DNA of 64,000 nucleotides from assembly GCA_046351515.1 (NCBI GenBank), contig JAXLYJ010000005.1, positions 242,892 through 306,891 of the forward strand, written 5' to 3'. Shown piece after piece: positions 25,152 through 33,672 of this stretch. The translations under genes were made by a program, and so were the position numbers. This DNA is from Polyangiales bacterium. Its GTDB lineage: Bacteria > Myxococcota_A > Polyangia > Polyangiales > Ga0077539. Each line of letters opens with the position of its first letter. The first letter of the stretch is position 1. The notes under the pieces were generated by a model that worked only from the letters and a program-made list of their open reading frames with translations, did no database searches and was not told the DNA's origin.

Positions 25152-26981
25152 ATGCTCACGGATCGCGCGCGCCCCGCGGCGCTGACGGCGAAAAAGTCCT
25201 TCTCGTTCGTTCGACCCTTCGCGTTGATCTCGCTCACGAGCGCGGCCATCGCTGGCTGCGCGCCGATCGCACCGGACGCGAGCGCGCCGATGTCGATGCA
25301 AGTGCGCGTTCCGCAGATCACGCTCGATCGACTCGACGCGCAGTTGCACCTGCGTGTGTTCGAGAAGACCGGCGACCTCGACTGCGATCCCAGCGCCGGC
25401 CGCGTCACCGGCACGATGCCCTACGAGACCATCGCGGGTCGCAACGTCGTCCCCAACGAGCGCTGCGACGCCGCGCGCTGGACACAGCTGCGAATGATGC
25501 TCGGCGAAGCCTCGCCGATCGATACCTGCTTCGATAAGAGCATGCCGATGCAGCCCGTCCGCGTCCCCGGCGGAAAGCGCTACATCGTCCTCATCGAGGG
25601 CTCTGGCAGCGCGCCGGTCCCCGGCGGCGGGACGCGCACGCGCACGCTCGGCTCGGGCTGCGCCGTGGTCAACGCGATGCCTGGGCAAACGGTGAGCGTC
25701 TCGATCCAGATGCAAGAGATCGCCGACGTGGGCGTGTGCGGCGACATGGTCGTCTCGAGCGACGAGGTCTGCGACGAGGGGGCGCCCAGCGCGACGTGCA
25801 ACGCCCGCTGCCGCATCCCCGAGATCACCGCGAGCTCGACCATGGGACCGAAGGGAATCCCGTCGCTCGCGTGGTCGATGTCGAACAACCTGGTGATCGG
25901 CTTCGCGATGGCGGACACGGCGAGCGATCCGCTGCTGCGCGTGTTGAGCCCGCAAGGGACGCTGATCACGAGCCCCGCGATCAACGCGCGCGACAACACC
26001 CTCGACGCGATGGCGCGCAGCGAACAGAGCGTCGTGCGCGTCGCCGCGAGCGCCACCGGCTACGCAGCGGCGTGGCAGACGCTCGAGGTGGTCACCGGCT
26101 ACAACATCAACGGCTTCGGGACGAACAACTTCGACGCTCCGACGCCGCAGCAAATGCTGGTCAACGCCACGACGATGGGCGGAGTGTCCGGCATGATCAA
26201 CCCGTCCGTCGCCATCGGCGGGACGCGCATGTTGTTCGTGTGGGAAGACGCTGATGCGCGCGTGATTCGCACGTCGAACACGATGCTCGCGGCGACGCCC
26301 GCCGCTCCGATGGCAGACGCTCCGCTCGTGGCTGCGGCGATGCCCGGCGGCAGCAACGCATCGACGCCCGTGGTGGCCGCGCTCAACGACGGGACGTTCG
26401 TCGCTGCGTGGGTCGGCGGTGGCGTCGGCTCGAAGGACATCTACGCGGTCAAGCTCAGCGCTGCGGGCGCGGCGATGGGCACGCCGATCACGGTCAACAC
26501 GCAGACGGCCAACGACCAAGATCAGCCCGCGATCGGGACCAACGGCACCGACGTCGTCATCGCGTGGCGCGACGCGAGCCTCGGCGATCCGATGGACATG
26601 AGCGGAACCGCGATTCGCTTCAGGCACTTCAACGGCTCGCTCACGCCGAGCGGAACGGACCACCTCGCGCCCACGACGATCGACGGCGACCAGAGCGCGC
26701 CCACCGTCGCGATGGCTCCGAGCGGGACGTACTTCACCGGCTGGCAGCACGCCGGCGGAACGATCCGCGGCCGTCTCTTTCGCGCGGACGGGACGTTCGT
26801 GGTCAACCGCTTCAGCGCGAGCACCGCGGACTTCGAAGTGAACGCCGCGGCGAACGAAGGCGGCCCTGCGGGCGGCAACCGTCAGGGCCCGTCCGCTGCG
26901 TTTGGCGGCGTCGGACGCTTCGCTGTGGGCTGGCTCGACGGCGCGTCCAATGACATCCGCGTCCGCGTCTTCATCGAGTGA
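25152..26981 (+). CDS. Secreted lipoprotein containing a Myxococcus-type cysteine-rich repeat; beta-propeller-like remainder
   Basis: Lipobox (LISLTSAAIAGC). CGDMVVSSDEVCDEGAPSATCNARCRIP matches the myxobacterial CGDG..E.CDDGN…C repeat. Long Thr/Ala/Gly-rich beta region. Confidence 0.55.
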   Translation: MLTDRARPAALTAKKSFSFVRPFALISLTSAAIAGCAPIAPDASAPMSMQVRVPQITLDRLDAQLHLRVFEKTGDLDCDPSAGRVTGTMPYETIAGRNVVPNERCDAARWTQLRMMLGEASPIDTCFDKSMPMQPVRVPGGKRYIVLIEGSGSAPVPGGGTRTRTLGSGCAVVNAMPGQTVSVSIQMQEIADVGVCGDMVVSSDEVCDEGAPSATCNARCRIPEITASSTMGPKGIPSLAWSMSNNLVIGFAMADTASDPLLRVLSPQGTLITSPAINARDNTLDAMARSEQSVVRVAASATGYAAAWQTLEVVTGYNINGFGTNNFDAPTPQQMLVNATTMGGVSGMINPSVAIGGTRMLFVWEDADARVIRTSNTMLAATPAAPMADAPLVAAAMPGGSNASTPVVAALNDGTFVAAWVGGGVGSKDIYAVKLSAAGAAMGTPITVNTQTANDQDQPAIGTNGTDVVIAWRDASLGDPMDMSGTAIRFRHFNGSLTPSGTDHLAPTTIDGDQSAPTVAMAPSGTYFTGWQHAGGTIRGRLFRADGTFVVNRFSASTADFEVNAAANEGGPAGGNRQGPSAAFGGVGRFAVGWLDGASNDIRVRVFIE

Positions 26982-28969
26982 TGACCGAGCCCGAACGCAA
27001 AGCAGGGACGCTCATCGCGCACCGCTACACGCTCGAGCGACAGCTCGGCGAAGGCGCGTTCGGTGAGGTGTGGACCGCCACGGACTCGAAGGCCTTCGGT
27101 CGCCGCGTGGCCGTGAAGTTCTTGCTGCAACAGCACTTGAACAACGAAGAGGTCGTTCGTCGGTTTCAGCAAGAAGGACAAGCGACCGCAGCGCTCTCGC
27201 ACCCCAACGTCGTCGCGTTGCTCGAGTTCGGAGAGGACGCGCAGCACGTCCCGTATCTGGTCAGCGAGTTCGTCGAGGGCGAGCCGCTGCGAAAGATCCT
27301 CGACCGCAACGTCGAAGAGAAGAAGCTCTTGTCCGTGGACGAGGTGCTCGCGATCTTTCGTCAGGCGTGCGCGGGCGTGCTCGCCGCGCACCAGAAGAAG
27401 ATCGTTCACCGAGACCTCAAGCCCGAGAACATCATGGTTCAGGGGCTCGGGACGCCGGCCGTCGTCGTGAAGGTGCTCGACTTCGGCGTCGCGCGCATCC
27501 TCGGCAAGGACAGCCAGCAATCGCTCGGCAAAACCGAGGTCGGAAAGATCATCGGCTCGCTGCAATACATGTCCCCCGAGCAGGTGCTCGGCGACGTGCG
27601 CAGCATCGATCGACGCACGGACATCTTTGCGATGGGCGCCGTGCTCTTCGAGCTGTTCGCGCAGCGCGCGGCGTTCGACGGCCGCACCTACCAAGAAGTG
27701 ATCGGAAAGATCCTCGACCCCACGCGCCCCAAGCTCGCGACGTATCGCCCCGACGTCGGACCCGCGCTCGACGCGGTGTTCGACAAGGCGTTCGCGATGC
27801 ACCGCGACCAGCGCTACAACGAGATCACCGAGCTGCTCGAGGCCGTCGAGCTCGCGCTCGCCCCGATGGCTCGCCCGCGGCGATCGACGGGCCTCAAGAA
27901 CCCCATCGTTGTGGTCCCGGACTTGAGCGGGCAGTGGGGCGCGTCGCACGACCCTGCCGTCGCGCGGCCGAGCAGGACGAGCTCGCCGGACGCGCCCACG
28001 AAATCAAGTCCGTCGCCCGCCGAGACGACGATGGACGAGGTCGTGCCCGAGAGCGCGAGCCCCGCCCGTCCGTGGTTGATCTTTCTCTCGGTGTTCGTCG
28101 TCGTCGCGGTGGGCGGCTCTCTCGCGGGCACGGCGATCGTCCGCCGGCGCAACGCGCAGGTGGCCAACGCTGACGACGCGGGGGTGGTCGCGGTGGCTGC
28201 TCCTGAGGCGAGCACCCAGCGATTGTCCACGTGGACCGCGCCTCCAGAGGACCCTTCGCAATGGGTGCTCGTCGCCGCGCCTGCGGCGCCCGTGCAGCTC
28301 GGTCGCGAGGGCGGGCCGCCGAGCTCCGATGAGTTCACGTTGGCTGCCGCGGTTCGCTTCGAGGGCCCCTCGTTTCGAATGATGAAGCGCGAGGTCACGT
28401 TCGGCGAGTACGAGCCCTGGAGCGAGGCGAACGGCGAGCATCGATTGCTGATTCCATCGTGGGTTCCGTCGCTCGCAGAGGCGCGCGCGGCGCTTCCGGT
28501 GGTCAACGTCGCGTGGGCGAGCGCGAAGGCGTACTGCGAGGCCATCGGCGGATCGCTTCCGACCGAAGAGCAGTGGGAGTTCGCCGGACGACGCACGTTC
28601 GGCCGCCTCGATCCGTGGAGCGGAACGATGCCCGCCGGAGCGCCCGCCATGGTCGGACGCTCGGGTCGCCTGCAGCCTGCAGGCAGCTTCGCGGGCGATG
28701 CGACGGCCGAGGGAATCCTGGGCCTCGCGACGAACGGCGCCGAATGGACGCTCTCGACCTACCAGCGCGGCAACGGGCTGCGAGAGCCATGGCAGCAGGC
28801 GTATCGCACGGTGCGCGGGCTCTCGCTCTTCGACGAGCTGCCGCGCGGCGAAGCGATGCCCGCGTCGCTCTTGCGTCGCAACGCGGGGTGCGCCACCGGA
28901 GCGTGCACTCCCGCCGAGCGAAGGATGCTCGAAGAAGTGGGCTTTCGCTGCGTCAAACCCGCGACGTGA
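26978..28969 (+). CDS. Ser/Thr protein kinase fused to C-terminal FGE-sulfatase (formylglycine-generating-enzyme-like) domain
   Basis: Kinase subdomains (VAVKFL, HRDLKPENIM, DFG, SPEQ); TM segment (WLIFLSVFVVVAVGG); C-terminal domain with the FGE hallmark …NGAEWTL…GFRCVKP. Confidence 0.8.
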   Translation: MMTEPERKAGTLIAHRYTLERQLGEGAFGEVWTATDSKAFGRRVAVKFLLQQHLNNEEVVRRFQQEGQATAALSHPNVVALLEFGEDAQHVPYLVSEFVEGEPLRKILDRNVEEKKLLSVDEVLAIFRQACAGVLAAHQKKIVHRDLKPENIMVQGLGTPAVVVKVLDFGVARILGKDSQQSLGKTEVGKIIGSLQYMSPEQVLGDVRSIDRRTDIFAMGAVLFELFAQRAAFDGRTYQEVIGKILDPTRPKLATYRPDVGPALDAVFDKAFAMHRDQRYNEITELLEAVELALAPMARPRRSTGLKNPIVVVPDLSGQWGASHDPAVARPSRTSSPDAPTKSSPSPAETTMDEVVPESASPARPWLIFLSVFVVVAVGGSLAGTAIVRRRNAQVANADDAGVVAVAAPEASTQRLSTWTAPPEDPSQWVLVAAPAAPVQLGREGGPPSSDEFTLAAAVRFEGPSFRMMKREVTFGEYEPWSEANGEHRLLIPSWVPSLAEARAALPVVNVAWASAKAYCEAIGGSLPTEEQWEFAGRRTFGRLDPWSGTMPAGAPAMVGRSGRLQPAGSFAGDATAEGILGLATNGAEWTLSTYQRGNGLREPWQQAYRTVRGLSLFDELPRGEAMPASLLRRNAGCATGACTPAERRMLEEVGFRCVKPAT

Positions 28970-28982
28970 GCGCGCGTCGCGC

Positions 28983-30695
28983 TCAGTGAATCGAGTAGCC
29001 GATGGACACGGTGCCTTGCGCGCCGAGGCCCCACGGCGGGCTCGCCGCGACGAGGTTGTTCGTGTGGCCCATGGTCGTCATCGAGGGGACGCTCATGTCG
29101 CGGTTCCACCCGTTGGGGACCTGCGAGACTTCGCTGCGGGCGAGGCTGTCGGCGAGCGTCGGGTTGTTCGGAAGCAAACGAAGCATGAAGAGCCCGTGAA
29201 TATCGATCGCGACGTACAGCCCCGCGACGATGCGGATCGTGGATCGATAGCTGATCTGCGTCGCGAGCGCGCCTGCGCCGAACTCCCACCCGACGCCGAG
29301 GCCGACGCGCCACGCGTGTCGTTCGGTCACGCCTTGTGATCCGACGTCGAGCATCGCGAGGTGCATCGATGGGGTGGTGATGCACCAGCCGTTGTCGGGG
29401 CGCGCGACCCACGCCGTCGTTTGGGTTGGGTCGGGACACGCCGGACCGGCGCCGTTGGTGTTGCTCGCCCACGAGCTTCCAGGCCCCCACGTGTAGATCG
29501 CCGAGAGCGAGAGATCACCGGTCACCAACGTGACGGCGCCGGTCACGATCCCGTTGTTGTACGCGGCAGATCCCGTCGAGTCCGGCAGCGTGTCGACGCG
29601 CGTGCCCGTCGGCGTCGAGACGTTGAACGAGTGGTTCGCCACGTACGCGTTCGGAAAGTAAATGAACTGGTATCCGCCGCCGACCGCGAGCTGCACGCCG
29701 GGGCCCTTTGCCCAGCGAGTGATCCTTCGCTCGTTCTCTTCGCGCGCGAGCTGCTCGCGCCGCAACCGCTCTTCTTCGAGCTGCGCCGCGCGCTCGGCAG
29801 AGATCCTCGCGTCCAGCGCCGGATCGAAGCACCCCCTGTTCGCTTGATAGCGAAAGCCCTCTGGGCACACCACGTCGGCCACGCACCGGTTGCCTTCGGT
29901 GTGCGATCCCTCGGGGCACTGCGCGGCCGCTGCCTGCGCCTGCCTCGCGACGCACTGCCCGGCTTCCGCGCGAAATCCCTCGTTGCACACGCACGATCGG
30001 TGCTCGCCGTCCCAGCGCGAGTTGGCGATGCTCGTGCACACCGAGCGGCACTGTCCGTCGATCCACTGCTCGCCATCCACGCACACGTGATCGGCCACGC
30101 AGTGATCACCGTCGACGTGGTGCATGCTCGGACACACCAACGGCGCGACGCAGCCGCGTCCCTCGACGAAGTTCGTGTTGGGCGGACACGTCGGCGTCGC
30201 GATGCATCCGCCCTCTGGGCGGCGCGTCGTTCCGGCGGGGCAGGTCACGTCTTGCGAGACGCAGCTTCCGTTGGTGAGCACCGTCCCCGTCGGGCACGTC
30301 ACGTCCGAGACGCACCGCGCGCCGTCGAGCCGACTGCCCGCAGGACACGTGATCTGCGAGACGCATTGCCCGTCCCGTCGCTGAGTGCCATCGGGGCACG
30401 CGACGGCGTCGGCGACGCAACGGCTTCCTTCGGGGTGAGATCCCGACGGGCAGACGCGACGGCCGATGCACGCGCGTTGCTGCTCGTTCCACACGGTGCC
30501 GGCGGGGCAGCGCACGGTCGGAGGTGCGACGGCCGCCGGCCCGCAACAGCCGTTGCCGTCGCGAACCTCGCCGACCAGGCACGTGCGTCGACACTCTTGC
30601 GCAGCCGCGTCGACGCTCGTTGTCATCGCCCCCGCGAAGCACAGCGCCGCAACGATGACCGACGAAAAAGCCCTCGAAACATACGTCACGCTCAC
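28983..30695 (-). CDS. Secreted protein with ~9 tandem 18-aa Cys repeats (CP.G…..G.CV….T), a coiled-coil, and a C-terminal beta-rich (outer-membrane-barrel-like) domain
   Basis: Signal peptide. Repeats run CPAGTVWNEQQRACIGRRV / CPSGSHPEGSRCVADAVA / CPDGTQRRDGQCVSQIT / … The C-terminus ends …SIGYSIH. Its start lies 43 bp after the MVP gene stop on the same strand. Confidence 0.55.
   Translation of the reverse strand: MSVTYVSRAFSSVIVAALCFAGAMTTSVDAAAQECRRTCLVGEVRDGNGCCGPAAVAPPTVRCPAGTVWNEQQRACIGRRVCPSGSHPEGSRCVADAVACPDGTQRRDGQCVSQITCPAGSRLDGARCVSDVTCPTGTVLTNGSCVSQDVTCPAGTTRRPEGGCIATPTCPPNTNFVEGRGCVAPLVCPSMHHVDGDHCVADHVCVDGEQWIDGQCRSVCTSIANSRWDGEHRSCVCNEGFRAEAGQCVARQAQAAAAQCPEGSHTEGNRCVADVVCPEGFRYQANRGCFDPALDARISAERAAQLEEERLRREQLAREENERRITRWAKGPGVQLAVGGGYQFIYFPNAYVANHSFNVSTPTGTRVDTLPDSTGSAAYNNGIVTGAVTLVTGDLSLSAIYTWGPGSSWASNTNGAGPACPDPTQTTAWVARPDNGWCITTPSMHLAMLDVGSQGVTERHAWRVGLGVGWEFGAGALATQISYRSTIRIVAGLYVAIDIHGLFMLRLLPNNPTLADSLARSEVSQVPNGWNRDMSVPSMTTMGHTNNLVAASPPWGLGAQGTVSIGYSIH
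30050..30593 (-). repeat. Tandem ~54-bp coding repeats (Cys-repeat array of the 28983-30695 gene)
   Basis: Periodic CPxG…C peptide repeats imply about 9 degenerate 54-bp DNA repeats. Confidence 0.5.
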
Positions 30696-30737
30696 GCGGT
30701 CATCGTCGCAGAAACGCTCCCCCCGCGCTACCGCGCG

Positions 30738-33263
30738 CTACTCCTTCGTCCCGTCGCCGAGCTGCTTGCTCGTCGCGCCGCCGGAGACCTTCGCGAGCAC
30801 CTCCGCCACCGACGTTCCCGCGAGCAGGCGACGCAGCACGTCCGAGACGCTCTCGCCGCCGAGGATCGCGAGCGGCGCCATGCTCTCCGCCATCTTCTCG
30901 GCCAGCGCGCGATCGCCGAACGCCTGCAGCGCCGCGATCAAATCCGGAGAGAACGCCTTGGCCTTCTCGCTCGCCGCGCGCACCTGCGCGTCCAGCTCTC
31001 GAAGGCTCCGCTCGCTCTCGGCGCGGGCCACTTCGTCCTCGAACTGCGCTCGCGCTCGCTCGCGTCCGAGCTGCGCCGCCGCGACCGCGTCGAGCAACTG
31101 CTGCAGGGCGACCTCCGCGCGATGCCGGCTCTCTCTCGTGTCCGTCTCCGCTTTGATCCGCGCGAGATCCACCTCGTGCTTGCGCGTGACCTCGCGGCCC
31201 TCGATCTCGAGCAGCTGAAGCTTCGTCGCCGCTTCGAGCCCGGCGGACTCTTGCCGCGCGGACTCGCGTGCGCGCGTCAGCTCGAGGCGCCTTCGCTCTG
31301 CGGCGACCGCGAGCGCTTGCTGAACGCTCGCGTGCTGCGCCTCGACGAGCAGCTTCGCGATGGTCTCGTCGCCGATCGAGACGCCGAGCACCTCGAGGTC
31401 GTACACGCGCATGCCGTTTTCGCTGAAACGTCGGCCGGGGCGCTTTCCGTCCTCCGCCTGCGCGCCGAGGATGATCTCGCGGATGATGCTCACGGCGTTG
31501 CCGTAGAAGTGCTCGACGCCGTGCTGCTTGACCGCGTGACGCAAGAGCGAGCGCAGGTGATCGGTCAGGAATTTCACGTAGTTTTCGACGCTGAACCACT
31601 GCGTGGGCTCGCCCTCGAAATCGACGCGGTAGCTCAGCCGCATGTGCACTCGAACGAGGTCGCTCGTCTCGGCCTCGACCAGATCGCTGACCTTGTTGTT
31701 CTTCACGCGCAGGTACGCCGTGCGCATGAGCTTGTCGTCGGTCTTGGGCGTGCTCGTCGACAGCTCCATCGCCTGCAGCGTCTCGTCGTACTCGAGCAAG
31801 AAGGTCGTGGGGCCGACCTCGACGCGACGCTTTCCTGAGCGCGATTTCACGAGGACCGCGTAGCCGGTCCACAAGTCGATCGAGACCGCTCCCTCGAAGC
31901 GGTTGTCGAGCACGATCGTCCGCGGCGGCGTGAACGTTTGATTTCGTGTGACCGCGTCGCCCACGTACGCGGCTTCGCTCTTGGCCTTCTCTGCAGCGGC
32001 GTCGGGCTTGCGAGTGGTGGCCTGGCGCGCCTCGTCGTCGATGACGAACTCGTTGCCGGCCTCCGAGCGCTTGAGCGCAGAGAGCCGCGCGTTGTAGTCG
32101 AGCGCCTCTTTGTTGCCGGGAAACAGCAGCTCGACGCTCTTGGGGTCGAGCACCTTGCGGACGATCACCTCGCGGCGCGGGTCCGGAAGAAACACGGTCG
32201 GGCCGCGCTCGAGCCGGATGTTTCCCTGCGTGCGGTCGAGCACGTACCGCGCTTCACCGGCGGGGATCGCCACGCCGTAGTGGATCTCTCGTCCTCCGTA
32301 GCGGATGAGCGCGTGCTCGGGGCGAGGGAAGTAGATCATCTGCTCGCGGCCCGTGATGAAGAGCTCGTCGCCGACCTTGTAGCTGCGGTCGTTCTCTTCG
32401 TACGGCGCGATGACCTTCACGTAGACGCCCGAGATCTCGGTGAGCTCGATCGCGCGAAACTTTCGGCTCCCGTTGCGCTCGATGAAGGTCTCGGTCGGCC
32501 GCGGAAACACCACCGCCGGCCCCTGAATGAACCGCTTGTTGCCGTCTTCATCGAGCAGGATCGTGTACTCGAGCCGCTCGAGCGTGACCGCGTCTCGGAC
32601 GTACTTTCCCTGCTCGTCCGCGACGACTTCGACGCCCGTCGGAGGGATGTAGAAGCTCACGTCCGTCCCGCGGATCACCAGGTGCTTGCCCATCGTGAGC
32701 TCGGGCACGCTCTTGCTCGGATCGAGCACGCCCTGCTCGCTTCCTTCGGCGACGGGATCGGCGCCGGGCGTGGTCTGCCGCTTGATCACGGCCTTGGCCC
32801 AGTTGGTCTTCGCCGCTTCTTCGTCGTACACGCGCACGAGCAAGTACTGGTTCGACCGGAGGCTGTGCCCAGGGACGACCTTCACCATCTGCCCGGGCCA
32901 GAGCGCGTACGAGACCGGACCGGGCGTGTTCACTTTTCGACCGACGTCGAGCTCGGGCAGGTTGTTGAGCGCGCCGGTTCGCGGATGCGACCCGTCCCTG
33001 GCCGGGTTTTTCAGCACGAGGTACCAGCCCTCGGGCGCGACCGCGAGCACGCCGATCGCTTGCTCGAGCGTCACGCGCTTGAAGCGCTTGGTGTCGTAGT
33101 CGAACACCACGGGCTGATCGGTGTTCGCGAGGCTCGTCTTGTGCGGCCCCACGTAGACGTTGATGTTTCCCTTCGTCTCGTCGGAGATGAACGCGAACTC
33201 GTTGGGCGCCAACACCAGATCGCGCTCGCGGACTCGCTCTCGACCCAGATCCCTCTCGTTCAT
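30738..33263 (-). CDS. Major vault protein (MVP) homologue
   Basis: The N-terminal region is made of repeated ~55-aa beta domains resembling MVP repeats (e.g. VGDELFITGREQMIYFPRPEHAL vs MVP [22 protein letters not shown]). The C-terminal region matches the MVP shoulder/cap-helix (VYDLEVLGVSIGDETIAKLLVEAQHASVQQAL…; KAFSPDLIAALQAFGDRALAEKMAESMAPLAILGG… vs MVP [36 protein letters not shown]). At 841 aa it is close to eukaryotic MVP length. ATG at 33263 with a GGAGGAG RBS. Confidence 0.7.
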   Translation of the reverse strand: MNERDLGRERVRERDLVLAPNEFAFISDETKGNINVYVGPHKTSLANTDQPVVFDYDTKRFKRVTLEQAIGVLAVAPEGWYLVLKNPARDGSHPRTGALNNLPELDVGRKVNTPGPVSYALWPGQMVKVVPGHSLRSNQYLLVRVYDEEAAKTNWAKAVIKRQTTPGADPVAEGSEQGVLDPSKSVPELTMGKHLVIRGTDVSFYIPPTGVEVVADEQGKYVRDAVTLERLEYTILLDEDGNKRFIQGPAVVFPRPTETFIERNGSRKFRAIELTEISGVYVKVIAPYEENDRSYKVGDELFITGREQMIYFPRPEHALIRYGGREIHYGVAIPAGEARYVLDRTQGNIRLERGPTVFLPDPRREVIVRKVLDPKSVELLFPGNKEALDYNARLSALKRSEAGNEFVIDDEARQATTRKPDAAAEKAKSEAAYVGDAVTRNQTFTPPRTIVLDNRFEGAVSIDLWTGYAVLVKSRSGKRRVEVGPTTFLLEYDETLQAMELSTSTPKTDDKLMRTAYLRVKNNKVSDLVEAETSDLVRVHMRLSYRVDFEGEPTQWFSVENYVKFLTDHLRSLLRHAVKQHGVEHFYGNAVSIIREIILGAQAEDGKRPGRRFSENGMRVYDLEVLGVSIGDETIAKLLVEAQHASVQQALAVAAERRRLELTRARESARQESAGLEAATKLQLLEIEGREVTRKHEVDLARIKAETDTRESRHRAEVALQQLLDAVAAAQLGRERARAQFEDEVARAESERSLRELDAQVRAASEKAKAFSPDLIAALQAFGDRALAEKMAESMAPLAILGGESVSDVLRRLLAGTSVAEVLAKVSGGATSKQLGDGTKE

Positions 33264-33300
33264 GATCTCGCTCCTCCAGTGCGCCTGCAGCGGCGATCGG

Positions 33301-33326
33301 TACTTAGTTGTAGAGTGTTACTAAGT
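33301..33326. promoter_or_regulatory. AT-rich inverted repeat TACTTAGT-N10-ACTAAGTA about 40 bp upstream of the MVP start; candidate operator/promoter element
   Basis: Perfect 8-bp inverted repeat (TACTTAGT / ACTAAGTA) in a ~30% GC island inside a ~70% GC region, in the MVP/OPT divergent intergenic. Confidence 0.4.
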
Positions 33327-33672
33327 CAAGGAGCGCCGCTTTCGTCCCCACGAAACGCGCGACGAACGGCGAGCTCTGATGCTCTCGTGCCGGGCGTTGG
33401 TTGTCGGCGGCGAAGTTTGCCGGCGAGCGGTCGTGGGCCTCGCCGCACGGCCGACGCTCGTGTCGCGCTGCGTCGCGATCGCGACGAGCGATGGCGGCAG
33501 GCGCTGTTCGCAGACGATGCTCGTCGGCCGTTGAACTCGAGCCCGGTTTGATACGCTCGCCGCCCTCATGCACGTAGAGAGCAGCGGGAGCGCGACAGCC
33601 GCTCCGACGAAGGCGCCCGAGGGCGTCGACCCCGAACTCCACTGGTACAAGACCGTCTATCAAGGAGACACG

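Noticed and set aside
24552-26750. 732-aa minus-strand ORF across the 3D-domain and Cys-repeat lipoprotein genes
   Set aside because: An antisense artefact with Arg-rich composition, while the sense-strand genes have signal peptides and domain motifs.
29361-31838. 825-aa plus-strand ORF opposite the Cys-repeat protein and MVP genes
   Set aside because: Arg/Ala-rich junk; the minus-strand frames carry the MVP and Cys-repeat signatures.
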